Shown piece by piece: positions 19,335-29,869 of a stretch of DNA of 64,000 nucleotides. The stretch is taken from NCBI GenBank assembly GCA_040081625.1, contig JBEBGD010000001.1, positions 32,001 through 96,000 of the forward strand. The letters are read 5' to 3'. How positions within the stretch are numbered: position 1 is the stretch's first letter; each line of letters begins with the position of its first letter. The stretch comes from Chthoniobacteraceae bacterium (GTDB lineage: Bacteria; Verrucomicrobiota; Verrucomicrobiia; Chthoniobacterales; Chthoniobacteraceae). Position numbers and translations under genes: made by a program. The notes under the pieces were generated by a model. It did not search any database, had not been told where the DNA came from, and saw nothing but the letters and a program-made list of their open reading frames with translations.

Positions 19335-20447
19335 ATGAACGTCCTCCTGATTTGCCTCATCGCATTCGCCTTCGCCGCGCACGCCGCGCCGGGCAATGCA
19401 GTGGTCCTGAATGTCGAGCCGACCGCGGAGTTCCCGCGCAACTCCGAGGGATCGTTTGTGACGCTCAAGTCGGGGCGCGTGCTTCATTTTTACACGCAGT
19501 TTTATGGCGGCGCGGCGGATCATAGCGCGGCCCGGATCGTGGCGGTGCAGTCGGAGGATGCCGGGCGAAGCTGGGACGCGAAGCCGCGAACGGTCGTCGA
19601 GAATCGCGGCGGGGCGAATGTGATGAGCGTGTCGCTGCTCCGGCTAAAGAGCGGACGCATCGCGCTGTTCTATCTGCTCAAGAATTCGTGGATCGATTGC
19701 CGGCCGCACGTGGTCTTCAGCGACGATGAGGCGCTGACGTGGAGCGAGCCGAAGCTGATGATGGCGGCCCCGGGTTACTTCGTGATGAACAACGACCGCG
19801 TGATCCAGCACAGCAGCGGGCGGCTGCTCGCGCCGCTGGCTTTCCATCGCGCACGCGGCACCGATCCGGAGAGCAGTCGGTCGTTCGATTCGCGGTCGAT
19901 CGCGCTGTGGCTGGTGTCCGATGACGACGGGCAGACGTGGGCGGAAGCACCGCAATGGCTCGCGCTGCCCGTGCCCGCGACGCGCACCGGATTGCAGGAG
20001 CCGGGCATCGTGGAGCTCGCGGACGGTTCGTTGCTGAGTTGGTTTCGCACGGATCAAGGCGCGCAGTTCGAGACGCGATCGAGCGATGTCGGCAGGACGT
20101 GGACGCCGATCGTGGCGGGCGAGATGAAGTCGCCAGCCTCGCCCGCGAGCATCGAGCGCCTGCCGGGCTCGGGCGATTTGCTCAGCCTCTGGAACGATCA
20201 CGGTGGGCAGTTCCCGATGGTCAAAGGCAAACGCACGCCGCTGGTCGCGGCACTCTCGAGCGACGGCGGGAAGACGTGGCCGCGGCGCAAGCTGATCGAG
20301 GGCGATCCGGACGGATGGTATTGCTACACAGCGATCCACTTCGTCGATGGAGCGGTGCTGCTCGCGTATTGCGCCGGGGATTCAAAAGTCGGCGGGCTCA
20401 ACCGGCTGCGGATCCGGCGGATCGAACTCGACTGGTTCGCCCCGTGA
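19335..20447 (+). CDS. Secreted BNR/Asp-box sialidase-family (exo-alpha-sialidase-like) protein
   Basis: Signal peptide; RNSEG; five Asp-boxes (SEDAGRSW, SDDEALTW, SDDDGQTW, SSDVGRTW, SSDGGKTW); LQEPG; RTPL; YCY. Confidence 0.88.
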   Translation: MNVLLICLIAFAFAAHAAPGNAVVLNVEPTAEFPRNSEGSFVTLKSGRVLHFYTQFYGGAADHSAARIVAVQSEDAGRSWDAKPRTVVENRGGANVMSVSLLRLKSGRIALFYLLKNSWIDCRPHVVFSDDEALTWSEPKLMMAAPGYFVMNNDRVIQHSSGRLLAPLAFHRARGTDPESSRSFDSRSIALWLVSDDDGQTWAEAPQWLALPVPATRTGLQEPGIVELADGSLLSWFRTDQGAQFETRSSDVGRTWTPIVAGEMKSPASPASIERLPGSGDLLSLWNDHGGQFPMVKGKRTPLVAALSSDGGKTWPRRKLIEGDPDGWYCYTAIHFVDGAVLLAYCAGDSKVGGLNRLRIRRIELDWFAP

Positions 20448-20600
20448 GCGCGTGAGGCGGATGGCTGGAGATGCCGCTTGACCTGGCGGGATCGAGTCCG
20501 AACGTGAATGCCGTTGAAGGCGAGGGGCATACCCGGAGGCGCAGCACACATGGCGACAGGACGGCGTGGATTTTCACCATCTCTACAATTCTAAACCGAC

Positions 20601-21764
20601 ATGAAAACGATCGACTTCTCCCTTCCCATCCGGACCCGGACGCGCGCCGGCTTCACGCTCATCGAACTCCTCGTGGTGATCGCCATCATCGCCATCCTCA
20701 TCGGGCTGCTTCTGCCCGCGGTGCAAAAGGTGCGCGAGTCCGCCGCGCGCATGCAGTGCTCGGAGAACCTACGGCAGATCGGCACCGCGCAGGCGGCCTA
20801 TTTCGGCACGAACACCCGCTATAGCGTGAACCTCGAGAACCTCGGGCTTCAGGGCAGCTTCCCGAATGACCGAAGGGATGGCTACGACTACGAAATCGTC
20901 CTCGGGACCGACGGCCAGTCTTACGAGGCGTGGGGCCGGCCCTTCATCCCTGGCAAGACCGGCGCGTGGGATCTGCGAATCAATGAAAAGGCGGAGTTGT
21001 TGGAGATTCCCTCGGCGGGCGCGGACGCGGCGCGCTCGCTCATGTTCGCGAACATCCAGGCCAATGCGCTGCCGAGGCTGGCCGATGTCGTGTCGGACCC
21101 GGCCTTCGTCTTCGACCGTGGCCTGCGAAGCGCCGGCTCGATCGGCAACGCCCGCGAGGCGTTCAAGCGGTTCGATGCCAACGGAGACCGCAGGATCACG
21201 CTCGATGAGATCGGCAATTACAACGGTGTCGGCGCGAACATCGTCCAGCCGTTGATTACGTTTGTGAAAACCGAGATGGCATGGGGTGCCGGCGGCGAGG
21301 ACATCTCGAAGATCGAGGGCGTGACGTGGGGGCAGTTGTCCACGACCACGCGCAGCAGCACCGCCGCGACGCTCAGCGCGAAGCTCGCGGGCGGCGCGAA
21401 CCTCGACAGCCAGTCGCCGGACAGCTTCGACGTCGCGGCTCTCGCCACCGGCAAGGCCAGCCCCGGCCCGCGTTTCACGAGAGCGAGGTTTTTCGCCACC
21501 ATCGATCGCACCCGGACCGGAGGGGACGTTTTCACCGGTTCGTTCCAATTCGCCGACGACCACGGCAACATGGTCAGCGGCTTACACGCGGGCAAATTCA
21601 CGACGACGCAGAACGGTCAGCTTTATCAAGCCGTCGGCATCGCCGGCCAGTGCGTCGGCAAGTTCTTCGTGCCGGGTGCGACGGGCGAAATGCTGCTGCG
21701 CTCCACGGGGCCCGGTTCGGGTCCTCATATCAAGGTCTTCGACGGCAGCGTCTCGCTTCGCTGA
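20601..21764 (+). CDS. Prepilin-type N-terminal cleavage/methylation domain protein with EF-hand-like loop
   Basis: [48 protein letters not shown]. Confidence 0.85.
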   Translation: MKTIDFSLPIRTRTRAGFTLIELLVVIAIIAILIGLLLPAVQKVRESAARMQCSENLRQIGTAQAAYFGTNTRYSVNLENLGLQGSFPNDRRDGYDYEIVLGTDGQSYEAWGRPFIPGKTGAWDLRINEKAELLEIPSAGADAARSLMFANIQANALPRLADVVSDPAFVFDRGLRSAGSIGNAREAFKRFDANGDRRITLDEIGNYNGVGANIVQPLITFVKTEMAWGAGGEDISKIEGVTWGQLSTTTRSSTAATLSAKLAGGANLDSQSPDSFDVAALATGKASPGPRFTRARFFATIDRTRTGGDVFTGSFQFADDHGNMVSGLHAGKFTTTQNGQLYQAVGIAGQCVGKFFVPGATGEMLLRSTGPGSGPHIKVFDGSVSLR

Positions 21765-21810
21765 GGAGGTCGTCCGCTTCCGGTGTAAAGGAGGCCGACC
21801 CCGGAGCGGG

Positions 21811-21856
21811 CACAATATATTGTGGTTGGTAAAGTTTGGGCGCGCTACAAATAGCG
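21811..21856. promoter_or_regulatory. Tandem NrdR-box-like operators upstream of smc
   Basis: Perfect palindrome CACAATATATTGTG (21811-21824) and degenerate CGCTACAAATAGCG (21843-21856), 32 bp apart; the second abuts a TTGCCA -35-like hexamer at 21858. Confidence 0.7.
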
Positions 21857-21932
21857 CTTGCCATCGTTTTGGCCGGGCGCATCCTCGCGCTCGTTCCTTC
21901 ACCTTCGGCCCACCCAAACCCAACCAAACGCC

Positions 21933-24900
21933 ATGTATCTAAAGTCGCTCGAAATCCTCGGCTTCAAGAGCTTCGCCCCCAAAACCCTCCTCGAGTTCCA
22001 CCGCGGCGTGACGTGCGTCGTCGGCCCGAACGGCTGCGGCAAATCCAACGTGCTCGACGCCATCCTTTGGGTGCTCGGCGAGCAGTCCGCCAAGGCCCTG
22101 CGCGGCGCCGACATGACCGACGTGATTTTCTCCGGCACCGACAGCCGCTCCGCGCTCGGCATGGCCGAGGTGTCGATGACCTTCAGCGAGTGCGAGGAAG
22201 CGCTCGGTCTCGACTGGCATGAGGTCACGATCACGCGCCGCGTTTTCCGCGAAGGCGGCAGCGAATATCTCCTCAACAAGGCGCCGTGCCGTCTCAAGGA
22301 CATCCACAATCTGTTCATGGATACGGGCATCGGCCGCACGGCCTACTCGATCATGCAGCAGGGCAAGATCGACGCGGTGCTCTCGACCCGGCCCGAGGAT
22401 CGGCGCGCGATCTTCGAGGAGGCGGCGGGCATTACTAAATACAAGTCGCAGAAAAAAGAGGCGCTGCGGAAGCTCGAAGCCACCGAGGTAAATCTCGTGC
22501 GGCTCGTCGATATCATCCGCGAGGTGAAGCGGCAGATCGGTTCGCTCCAGCGGCAGGCGGGCAAGGCGCGGCGCTACCAGTCGCTCATCGGCGACCTCAA
22601 GATGCTCGAGCTCCACCACGCGAAGCAGCAGTGGGAGAATCAGGACGCACAGCGCGGCGAGGCGACCACGCAGCTCGACGCGCTCAGCGTGCGCCAGGGC
22701 GAACACGAAGTGCAGATCGAGGCGCAGGAAGCCGAGGCCGGAGATCGGCGCGCCGCGCTCGACGAGATGGAGACGCGGCTGACCGCGGCGCGGCAGACCG
22801 TGAACGAGCTGCGCACGCGCATCTCCAATCACGAAAACCGCATCGTCTTCAACGAGGAGCGCACGCGTGAATTTGAAGGACTGGTCGAGCGTTATCGCGG
22901 CGATGTCGCGGTGTCGGAGGAGAGATTCCGCGCGCAGGAAGCCGAGCTGCACTCGACGGACACCGAACTCGCGCAGATCACCGACATGCTCGCCGCCGAG
23001 TTGCGGCACATGGAGGAAAAGCAGGTCGCCACCGCCGCGCTCACCGCGCAGCGCGCCGAGATCGAGTCCGCGATCGCCGGCTTTTCGCAGGACGCGGGAC
23101 GGATCGAAAGCCGCATTCATCAATTGCGCGGGAACATCTCCGGCGTCGTGCAGACGCGCGAAGGCGCCGAGGCGCGGCTGGCCTTCCTCGCCGATGAAAC
23201 GCGGCAGCTCGAGTTCGCGTTTGCGCAGCTCACCGAGCAGCGCGGCCACGCCGAGGGCGAGCTTTCCCGCGCGCAGGCCGAGATCGAGGCGCACACCGCC
23301 GAGGTGACCGCCGCGGAGTTTACGCTGCGCCAGTCGCAGGCCATCCTCGCCGAGATCGAGCGCGAACTGCGCGATGCGCAGCGTGTTCTCGCCGAGAAAG
23401 AATCGAAGGCCGAAGTGCTCCGCCAGCTCGTGCAGAGCGGCGAGGGCCTCGGCGAAGGCACGCAGGCCGTCCTGCGCGGACTCGACAACCCGGACTTCTT
23501 CAAGCCCGCCATCTCCGGCGCGCTCGCGCAGCTCATCGACGTCGCGCCCGAATACGTCGCCGCCGTCGAGGCCTGCCTCGGCGCGAATCTCCAGGCGATC
23601 GTGATGAAGGACACGATGATCGCCGAGTCGGTCGTAAAGACGCTCACCTCGCAAAAGCTCGGCACGGCCGCGCTCGCGCTGCGCGATCTCGACCAGCACT
23701 TCGAGCACGTGCGGAACGAGCAGATGGCGCTGCCCGAGGGCGCGATCGACTGGCTCATCAACAAAGTGCGCCCGCAGCCCGAGGTCGCGCGGCTCGTCGA
23801 GCGGCTCGTCAATCACACCGTCCTCGTGCCCGATCTCGAGACGGCGCTGAGCATCTTCCCGCAGCGCGGATCGATGATCGTGACGCTCGCCGGCGAGATC
23901 ATCACGCGCGACGGCATCCTCCACGGCGGCGTCGCCAGCGAGGTGAGCTATTCGATGCTCGACCGTAAAAACCAGCTCCACGCGATCGAGGGCGAAGTCT
24001 GCGCCGCGCGCTCGAAATCGTGGGAGGTCAGCTCGCGCCGCGAGACGACACTCAGCGAGATTGACGGCGCGCAGGCGCGTCTGGAGGAGGCGCGCATCGC
24101 GAAGGCCACCGTCGCGGAGCAGCTCAGCAGCCTGCGCGGACAGCTCGGCATGCTCGATCGCGAGGCGAAGGAAGCCGAGCGCAAGCAGCAGACGCTCGAA
24201 GGCGAGCAGGCGAGCATCGAGGCCCGCCACGCCGAGGCCGCCGCGCGGCTCGCGCAGCTCGAGATCGACATTTCCAGCACCACGCAGAGCCTCGATGCGC
24301 TCCAGCAGCGCCGCGCGGAGAGCCAGGGCCAGCTCGAAGTCTTCCGCGCGCAGGAGAGCGAACTCGCCGCCGAGCTGAACGAGCTGAGGATCAAAGTCGC
24401 CACCGAGCGCCAGCGCCACAGCTCGCTCCACCATCAGCGTGCGCCGATGGAGTCGCGCCTCACCGAGCTCGAGCAGCTTATCGCGCAGCGGCAGACCGAC
24501 ATCACCACCTACGAGCAGCGGCTCGAGGCCGCACAAGCAGAGAACGCGGAGCTGGGCGCGAGCCTCGAGACGCTCAACGCCCGCACCGGCGATGCCGAGT
24601 TGGAAGTCGCGCGCTTGCTCGACGAGCGCACCGAGATTGCCGCGGAGGTCGAGGAATTCAGCAACACGCTGCGCATCCTGCGCCACCAACTCACCGAGTG
24701 CCACGACCAGCGCAGCAAACTCGAAGTCCGCGCCAGCCAGCTCGAGATGCGCGCCAGCGCGCTCGCCGGGCACATCACGAAGCGTTACCAGTTGGACATC
24801 GCCACCTACGAGCGCGACCTCCACGGCCTGCGCGTCGCCGTGCGCGATGCCCTCAAGCGTCGCCAGCGATCCAACTCCAGCACGGACGCCGAGTCCGGCG

Positions 24901-25772
24901 AGCAGCCGGGCGCTGAGATCGCGGTCGAAGTGCCCACGCCTGCGAGTGAGGAGGAAGAGATGATCGACGACGCCTTCGCGATCGACTGGTCCGTCGTCGA
25001 GTCACTCGTCCGCGAGCTCGAAGCGAAGGTCGATTCGATGGGGCCGGTGAACATCGACGCGATCCAGGAGTTCGACGAACTCGAGCAGCGCTACAATTTC
25101 CTCGAGCAGCAGAACACCGACCTGACCAACGCGAAGGCCGAACTGCTCGAAACCATCACGCGCATCAACCGCACGACGCGCGAACTCTTCGCCGACACGT
25201 TCGAGAAAATCCGCGTGAACTTCCAGGAGATGTTCACCGAGCTCTTCGGCGGCGGAAAAGCCAACCTCGTCCTCACCGACGAAGCCGACCCGCTCGAAAG
25301 CGGGATCGAGATCGTCGCCAAGCCGCCCGGAAAGCAGCTCTCGAGCATCAGCCTGCTCTCCGGCGGCGAGCGCACGATGACGGCCGTCGCGCTGCTCTTC
25401 GCCATCTACATGGTCAAGCCGAGCCCGTTCTGCGTGCTCGACGAAATGGACGCGCCGCTCGACGAATCGAACATCACGCGGTTCATCAAGATCCTCGACC
25501 GGTTCGTGGACCAGAGCCAGTTTGTGGTCATCAGCCACAACAAGCGCACCATCGCCCGCGCCGACGCGATCTACGGCGTGACGATGGAAGAGCACGGCAT
25601 CTCCAAGCTCGTGAGCGTCAAGTTCAACACTCGCGACAAAGCTCCCGACAGCGGCGAAGACGTGATGAGCAACAGCGCCGCCGGCCACGTCCCGAGCGTC
25701 GCCGAGGCCTTCGGCAAGAGCTCCAACCTCGCGAGCGAAGACGCGATGGCGGCGGCGGACGGCGCCGCGTAA
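21933..25772 (+). CDS. smc: Chromosome segregation protein SMC
   Basis: MYLKSLEILGFKSF; Walker A GPNGCGKSN; FEEAAGI; coiled coils and hinge; LSGGE; FCVLDEMDAPLD; ISH. Confidence 0.98.
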   Translation: MYLKSLEILGFKSFAPKTLLEFHRGVTCVVGPNGCGKSNVLDAILWVLGEQSAKALRGADMTDVIFSGTDSRSALGMAEVSMTFSECEEALGLDWHEVTITRRVFREGGSEYLLNKAPCRLKDIHNLFMDTGIGRTAYSIMQQGKIDAVLSTRPEDRRAIFEEAAGITKYKSQKKEALRKLEATEVNLVRLVDIIREVKRQIGSLQRQAGKARRYQSLIGDLKMLELHHAKQQWENQDAQRGEATTQLDALSVRQGEHEVQIEAQEAEAGDRRAALDEMETRLTAARQTVNELRTRISNHENRIVFNEERTREFEGLVERYRGDVAVSEERFRAQEAELHSTDTELAQITDMLAAELRHMEEKQVATAALTAQRAEIESAIAGFSQDAGRIESRIHQLRGNISGVVQTREGAEARLAFLADETRQLEFAFAQLTEQRGHAEGELSRAQAEIEAHTAEVTAAEFTLRQSQAILAEIERELRDAQRVLAEKESKAEVLRQLVQSGEGLGEGTQAVLRGLDNPDFFKPAISGALAQLIDVAPEYVAAVEACLGANLQAIVMKDTMIAESVVKTLTSQKLGTAALALRDLDQHFEHVRNEQMALPEGAIDWLINKVRPQPEVARLVERLVNHTVLVPDLETALSIFPQRGSMIVTLAGEIITRDGILHGGVASEVSYSMLDRKNQLHAIEGEVCAARSKSWEVSSRRETTLSEIDGAQARLEEARIAKATVAEQLSSLRGQLGMLDREAKEAERKQQTLEGEQASIEARHAEAAARLAQLEIDISSTTQSLDALQQRRAESQGQLEVFRAQESELAAELNELRIKVATERQRHSSLHHQRAPMESRLTELEQLIAQRQTDITTYEQRLEAAQAENAELGASLETLNARTGDAELEVARLLDERTEIAAEVEEFSNTLRILRHQLTECHDQRSKLEVRASQLEMRASALAGHITKRYQLDIATYERDLHGLRVAVRDALKRRQRSNSSTDAESGEQPGAEIAVEVPTPASEEEEMIDDAFAIDWSVVESLVRELEAKVDSMGPVNIDAIQEFDELEQRYNFLEQQNTDLTNAKAELLETITRINRTTRELFADTFEKIRVNFQEMFTELFGGGKANLVLTDEADPLESGIEIVAKPPGKQLSSISLLSGGERTMTAVALLFAIYMVKPSPFCVLDEMDAPLDESNITRFIKILDRFVDQSQFVVISHNKRTIARADAIYGVTMEEHGISKLVSVKFNTRDKAPDSGEDVMSNSAAGHVPSVAEAFGKSSNLASEDAMAAADGAA

Positions 25773-25838
25773 TCTTCGCGCCGCTCGGCGGCAATTGCGT
25801 TGTCCTTCGACGCCATTTGCCGTCACAGTTTGCCGCCG

Positions 25839-26840
25839 ATGATTTCCGTCACCATCCCGATCTGCAACGAGGAGGGCAATTTGCCCGACCTTTTCGAGCG
25901 CACGCGCGCGGCCCTCGTGGAGATCGGCAAGCCGTGGGAGATCATCTTCGTCAATGACGGCTCGACGGACGGCAGCGAGGAACTGCTCGACGCCATCGCG
26001 GAGAAGGACGCGCAGGTGCGCGTGGTTCACTTCCGCCGGAACTTCGGCCAGACTGCGGCGATGATGGCCGGTTTCGATTTTGCACGTGGCGAGATCATCA
26101 TCCCGATGGATGGCGATCTTCAGAACGATCCCGCGGACATTCCGGTGCTGCTCGCGAAGCTCGACGAGGGTTTCGACGTGGTGAGCGGCTGGCGGCTCGA
26201 TCGCAAGGATAACGCCGTGACGCGCAATCTGCCGAGCATCATGGCGAACCGGCTCATCTCGTGGGTGAGCGGCGTGCGGCTGCACGACTTCGGTTGCTCG
26301 CTGAAAGCGTATCGGCGCGATGTGATCGAACACGTGCGGCTCTACGGCGAGATGCACCGCTTTCTGCCGATCTACACGCGCTGGCACGGCGCGAAGATCG
26401 CCGAGGTGCCGGTGCGCCATTACGCGAGGGCGCGCGGAAAATCCAAATACGGGCTCGAACGCGTGCTCAAGGTGCTCGCCGATCTTGTGACCGTGAAGTT
26501 CCTCGACCGGATGCAGCAGAAGCCGATGTATGTCTTCGGCGCGGTGGGCCTCACGTCGCTTACGATCAGTTTTCTGAGCGGCACGTATGCAATCTGGCGG
26601 AAGTTCGGAATGGGCGAGTCGTTCATCCAGAATCCGCTGCTGCTCACGTGCATCATCACCGCGATGACCGGCGTGATGTGCATCCTCATGGGGCTCCTCG
26701 CGGAGATGATCGTGCGCACGTTTTTCGAGAGCCAGGGGAAGCCGGTGTATCTCGTGCGGGCAACGCGGAATGTGGAAGAGCGCAACGCCCGACCCCCGAC
26801 CCCCAACTCCCAACATCCGGCATCCAATGTGGGGGTCTGA
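25839..26840 (+). CDS. GT2 glycosyltransferase (ArnC/polyprenol-phosphate glycosyltransferase-like)
   Basis: IPICNEEGN, VNDGSTD, RNFGQTAA, MDGDLQNDP, GEMHRF, two C-terminal TM helices. Confidence 0.93.
   Translation: MISVTIPICNEEGNLPDLFERTRAALVEIGKPWEIIFVNDGSTDGSEELLDAIAEKDAQVRVVHFRRNFGQTAAMMAGFDFARGEIIIPMDGDLQNDPADIPVLLAKLDEGFDVVSGWRLDRKDNAVTRNLPSIMANRLISWVSGVRLHDFGCSLKAYRRDVIEHVRLYGEMHRFLPIYTRWHGAKIAEVPVRHYARARGKSKYGLERVLKVLADLVTVKFLDRMQQKPMYVFGAVGLTSLTISFLSGTYAIWRKFGMGESFIQNPLLLTCIITAMTGVMCILMGLLAEMIVRTFFESQGKPVYLVRATRNVEERNARPPTPNSQHPASNVGV
26784..26825 (+). repeat. Degenerate heptanucleotide tandem repeat in the 3' end of the GT2 gene
   Basis: aacgccc gaccccc gaccccc aactccc aacatcc ggcatcc (6 x 7 nt). 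Confidence 0.55.
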
Positions 26841-26864
26841 GGGCGCCATCGCGCGCGATAGCTC

Positions 26865-28745
26865 ATGTGTGGAATAGCGGGGTTTGCCGGCAAAGGTGAC
26901 GTCGCGAACTTGCGACGGATGACGGCGGCGGTGCGGCACCGCGGACCGGACGCTGACGGGCATTGGAACGACGACCGCGTTTTCCTCGGCCATCGTCGGC
27001 TGAGCATCGTGGACCTGGACGGCGGCGCGCAGCCGATGTGGACGGCAGACGGACAGCTCGCGGTGATCTTCAACGGCGAGATCTACAATCACGCCGAGCT
27101 GCGCGCGGAGTTGCAGAAAGCCGGGCGGGTCTTCCGCACCGATCACAGCGACACCGAGGTGCTGCTCCACGGCTATGCGCACTGGGGCGACGGATTCGTC
27201 GATCGGCTCAACGGGATGTGGGCCTTCGTCATTTACGATCGCGCTCGGCAGCGGCTCTTCGCGAGCCGTGATCGTTTCGCGAAGAAACCATTCTTCTACT
27301 TTCACGAGGGCGACACGTTCGGGTTTGCCAGCGAGCTGACAGCGCTGCGCGAGCACCCGCGCTGCCCGCGCGAGATCTCGCGCCTGTCGCTGAAGAAATA
27401 CTTCGCCTACTGCTACATCCCCGCGCCGCGCAGCATCTACGAGCGCGTTTGGAAACTGCCCGGCGGGCAGTCGCTCAGCTACGACATCGGAAGCGGCACG
27501 TTGAAGACTTGGGCGTGGTGGGAATTCGTGCTCTGGAATCCGATCGAGCGCCTCATGCGCAAAGACGAGGCGGCGCGCGTGCCGATCGGTGACACGCGAT
27601 CCACCGAGATCGCGCTGCGCGACACGCTCGAGCGCGCCGTGAAACGCCGCCTGATGTCCGACGTGCCGATCGGCGTCTTTCTCAGCGGTGGGATCGACTC
27701 GTCGGCGATCGCCGCTCTCGCTGCGCAGCACGTCGAGCGCGGGCAGCTCAACACTTTCAGCATCGGCTTCAACGACCCGAGCTTCGATGAATCGGCCTAC
27801 GCGAAGCTCGTCGCGGATCGCATCGGCGCGCAGCATCATCACCAGACTCTCGATCTCGACGACGCCGCGAAGCTCGCGCCGGAACTGGTCGCGCAGCTCG
27901 ACGAGCCGCTGGGCGACGGCTCGCTGCTGCCAACTTATTTGCTCAGCAAATTCACGCGCGAGCATGTGACAGTCGCGCTCGGCGGCGACGGAGGCGACGA
28001 ACTGTTCGCGGGCTACGACCCGTTCCGCGCACTGCACAAGGCGGAGATCTACTCGGCGCTGATGCCGAAGCCGATTCACGCCGCGATCCGGCACCTCGCC
28101 GCATGGCTGCCGGTGAGCCACACGAATCTCTCGTGGGATTTCAAACTCAAGCGCACGCTCATGGGCCTGAGCTATTCGTCGCCGCTTTGGAATGCTGTGT
28201 GGATGAGCGCGCTCGAACCACGCGAACTGCGCGACCTTTTCGCCGAGCCCACGGACCCGGAGGAAATCTACAGCGAGGCGATCACGGCGTGGGAGCACTG
28301 CGCGCACCGCAACACCGTGGACCGCGCGCTGCAATTCTGGACGAATCTTTACCTGCGCGACGGCATCATGGCGAAGGTCGATCGCGCCTCGATGATGTGC
28401 TCGCTCGAGGCGCGCTCGCCCTTCCTCGATGTCGAGGTGGTCGATCTCGCCCGCCGGTTGCCGTGGCAGGTGAAGTTGAGCGGTGGCGAGACGAAGTGGA
28501 TCCTCAAGCGCGCTCTCGATCCGCTGCTGCCACGCGAGATCATCGATCGTCCGAAGAAAGGCTTCGGGATGCCGATCGGCCGCTGGCTGCGCGAGGGCAG
28601 GTTTGATTTCGCGCACGACTCGGCGCGCCCGCATCTCGATACCGGCTACGCCGGCCGCAAGGTGCTCGCACACATGGGTGGCACGGCGGACGAGCGGCTG
28701 TTCCTATGGAGCTACTGGGTGCTTTGCGAGTGGCTGAAGCGATGA
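26865..28745 (+). CDS. asnB: Asparagine synthase (glutamine-hydrolysing) family amidotransferase
   Basis: MCGIAG (Cys1 nucleophile), HRGPD, GHRRLSIVD, FNGEIYN, LSGGIDSS, GDGGDELFAGY, KVDRASM, RPKKGF. Confidence 0.95.
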   Translation: MCGIAGFAGKGDVANLRRMTAAVRHRGPDADGHWNDDRVFLGHRRLSIVDLDGGAQPMWTADGQLAVIFNGEIYNHAELRAELQKAGRVFRTDHSDTEVLLHGYAHWGDGFVDRLNGMWAFVIYDRARQRLFASRDRFAKKPFFYFHEGDTFGFASELTALREHPRCPREISRLSLKKYFAYCYIPAPRSIYERVWKLPGGQSLSYDIGSGTLKTWAWWEFVLWNPIERLMRKDEAARVPIGDTRSTEIALRDTLERAVKRRLMSDVPIGVFLSGGIDSSAIAALAAQHVERGQLNTFSIGFNDPSFDESAYAKLVADRIGAQHHHQTLDLDDAAKLAPELVAQLDEPLGDGSLLPTYLLSKFTREHVTVALGGDGGDELFAGYDPFRALHKAEIYSALMPKPIHAAIRHLAAWLPVSHTNLSWDFKLKRTLMGLSYSSPLWNAVWMSALEPRELRDLFAEPTDPEEIYSEAITAWEHCAHRNTVDRALQFWTNLYLRDGIMAKVDRASMMCSLEARSPFLDVEVVDLARRLPWQVKLSGGETKWILKRALDPLLPREIIDRPKKGFGMPIGRWLREGRFDFAHDSARPHLDTGYAGRKVLAHMGGTADERLFLWSYWVLCEWLKR

Positions 28746-29869
28746 GGATTCTCGTGCTCTGCTACGAGTATCCGCCGATCGGCGGCGGCGGTGGGCGCGT
28801 GGCGAAGAGCATCGCGCAGGCGCTCGTCGCACGCGGGCACGACGTGCGCGTGCAGACGGCTGCGCTCGGGTGGAAGTCGTCGCGCGGGATGATCGGTGGC
28901 GTCGATGTGTTTCGCAAAGCAAGCGGGCGACGCGCGCCGGATACGTGTCGCGTTCACGAGATGGCGTCCTATTGCGCGACGAGTTTCCTGCCGACGCTGC
29001 GGCACATTCGCGAATGGCGACCGGAAGTGATCCACGCGCACTTCGCGGTGCCGACCGGTGTGATCGCGTGGCTGGTGCATCGGGTCACCGGCGTTCCTTA
29101 CGTCCTCACGGCGCATCTCGGCGACGTGCCGGGTGGAGTGCCGGAGCAGACTGACACGCTGTTCAAGTTCGCCGGCGGCCTGGCCGCTCGCGTGTGGCGC
29201 GATGCGGCGGCTTGCACGGCGGTCAGCACCTTTGTGCAGGAACTCGCCGAGCGCGCCTACGCGCGGAAAGTGGAGCGCATTCTCAATGGGATCGACCTGA
29301 GCGACGCGCCGCTCGCGCCGCCGGAGGCGATGCGTCGTCGGCATCTCGTTTTCGTCGGGCGATTCAATCCGCAGAAGCGGCCGGACTTTCTCATCGAGGC
29401 GCTGCGATGGGTGACGCACTCTGGCTGGAAGCTGACGATGATCGGCGACGGGCCGATGATGACGCGGGTGCGCTCGATGGTGAGCGCGCAGCGGCTCGAC
29501 GAGTTTGTGACGATGCGCGGCTGGCTCGACGCGCGCGAGGTGGATGCCGTGCTGCGCGAGGCGGACATCCTTTGCATGCCTTCGAGCAGTGAAGGAATGC
29601 CGGTCGCCGCGGTCGAAGCGCTCAAGCACGGGCTGGCGATCATGGCGAGCGACATCCCTGGCGTGCGCGATGTCGTCGAGGATGGCGTGAACGGTTTTCG
29701 GCTGCCGGTGAACGATGTCGAGGGCTTCGCCCGGAAGCTCGACTGGCTGCTCCGCGCCGACGAGACGCTGCTCGCGATGAAGCGCGCGAGTTGGAAGAAG
29801 GCGCGCGATTTCGATCTCGCGGCGATTGCTTCGCAATACGAAGCGGTGCTTAAAGCCGCATGCCGATGA
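28742..29869 (+). CDS. GT4 glycosyltransferase
   Basis: MRILVLCYEYPPIGGGG, HAHFAVP, VGRFNPQK, EGMPVAAVEA, SDIPG; ATGA-coupled. Confidence 0.93.
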   Translation: MRILVLCYEYPPIGGGGGRVAKSIAQALVARGHDVRVQTAALGWKSSRGMIGGVDVFRKASGRRAPDTCRVHEMASYCATSFLPTLRHIREWRPEVIHAHFAVPTGVIAWLVHRVTGVPYVLTAHLGDVPGGVPEQTDTLFKFAGGLAARVWRDAAACTAVSTFVQELAERAYARKVERILNGIDLSDAPLAPPEAMRRRHLVFVGRFNPQKRPDFLIEALRWVTHSGWKLTMIGDGPMMTRVRSMVSAQRLDEFVTMRGWLDAREVDAVLREADILCMPSSSEGMPVAAVEALKHGLAIMASDIPGVRDVVEDGVNGFRLPVNDVEGFARKLDWLLRADETLLAMKRASWKKARDFDLAAIASQYEAVLKAACR

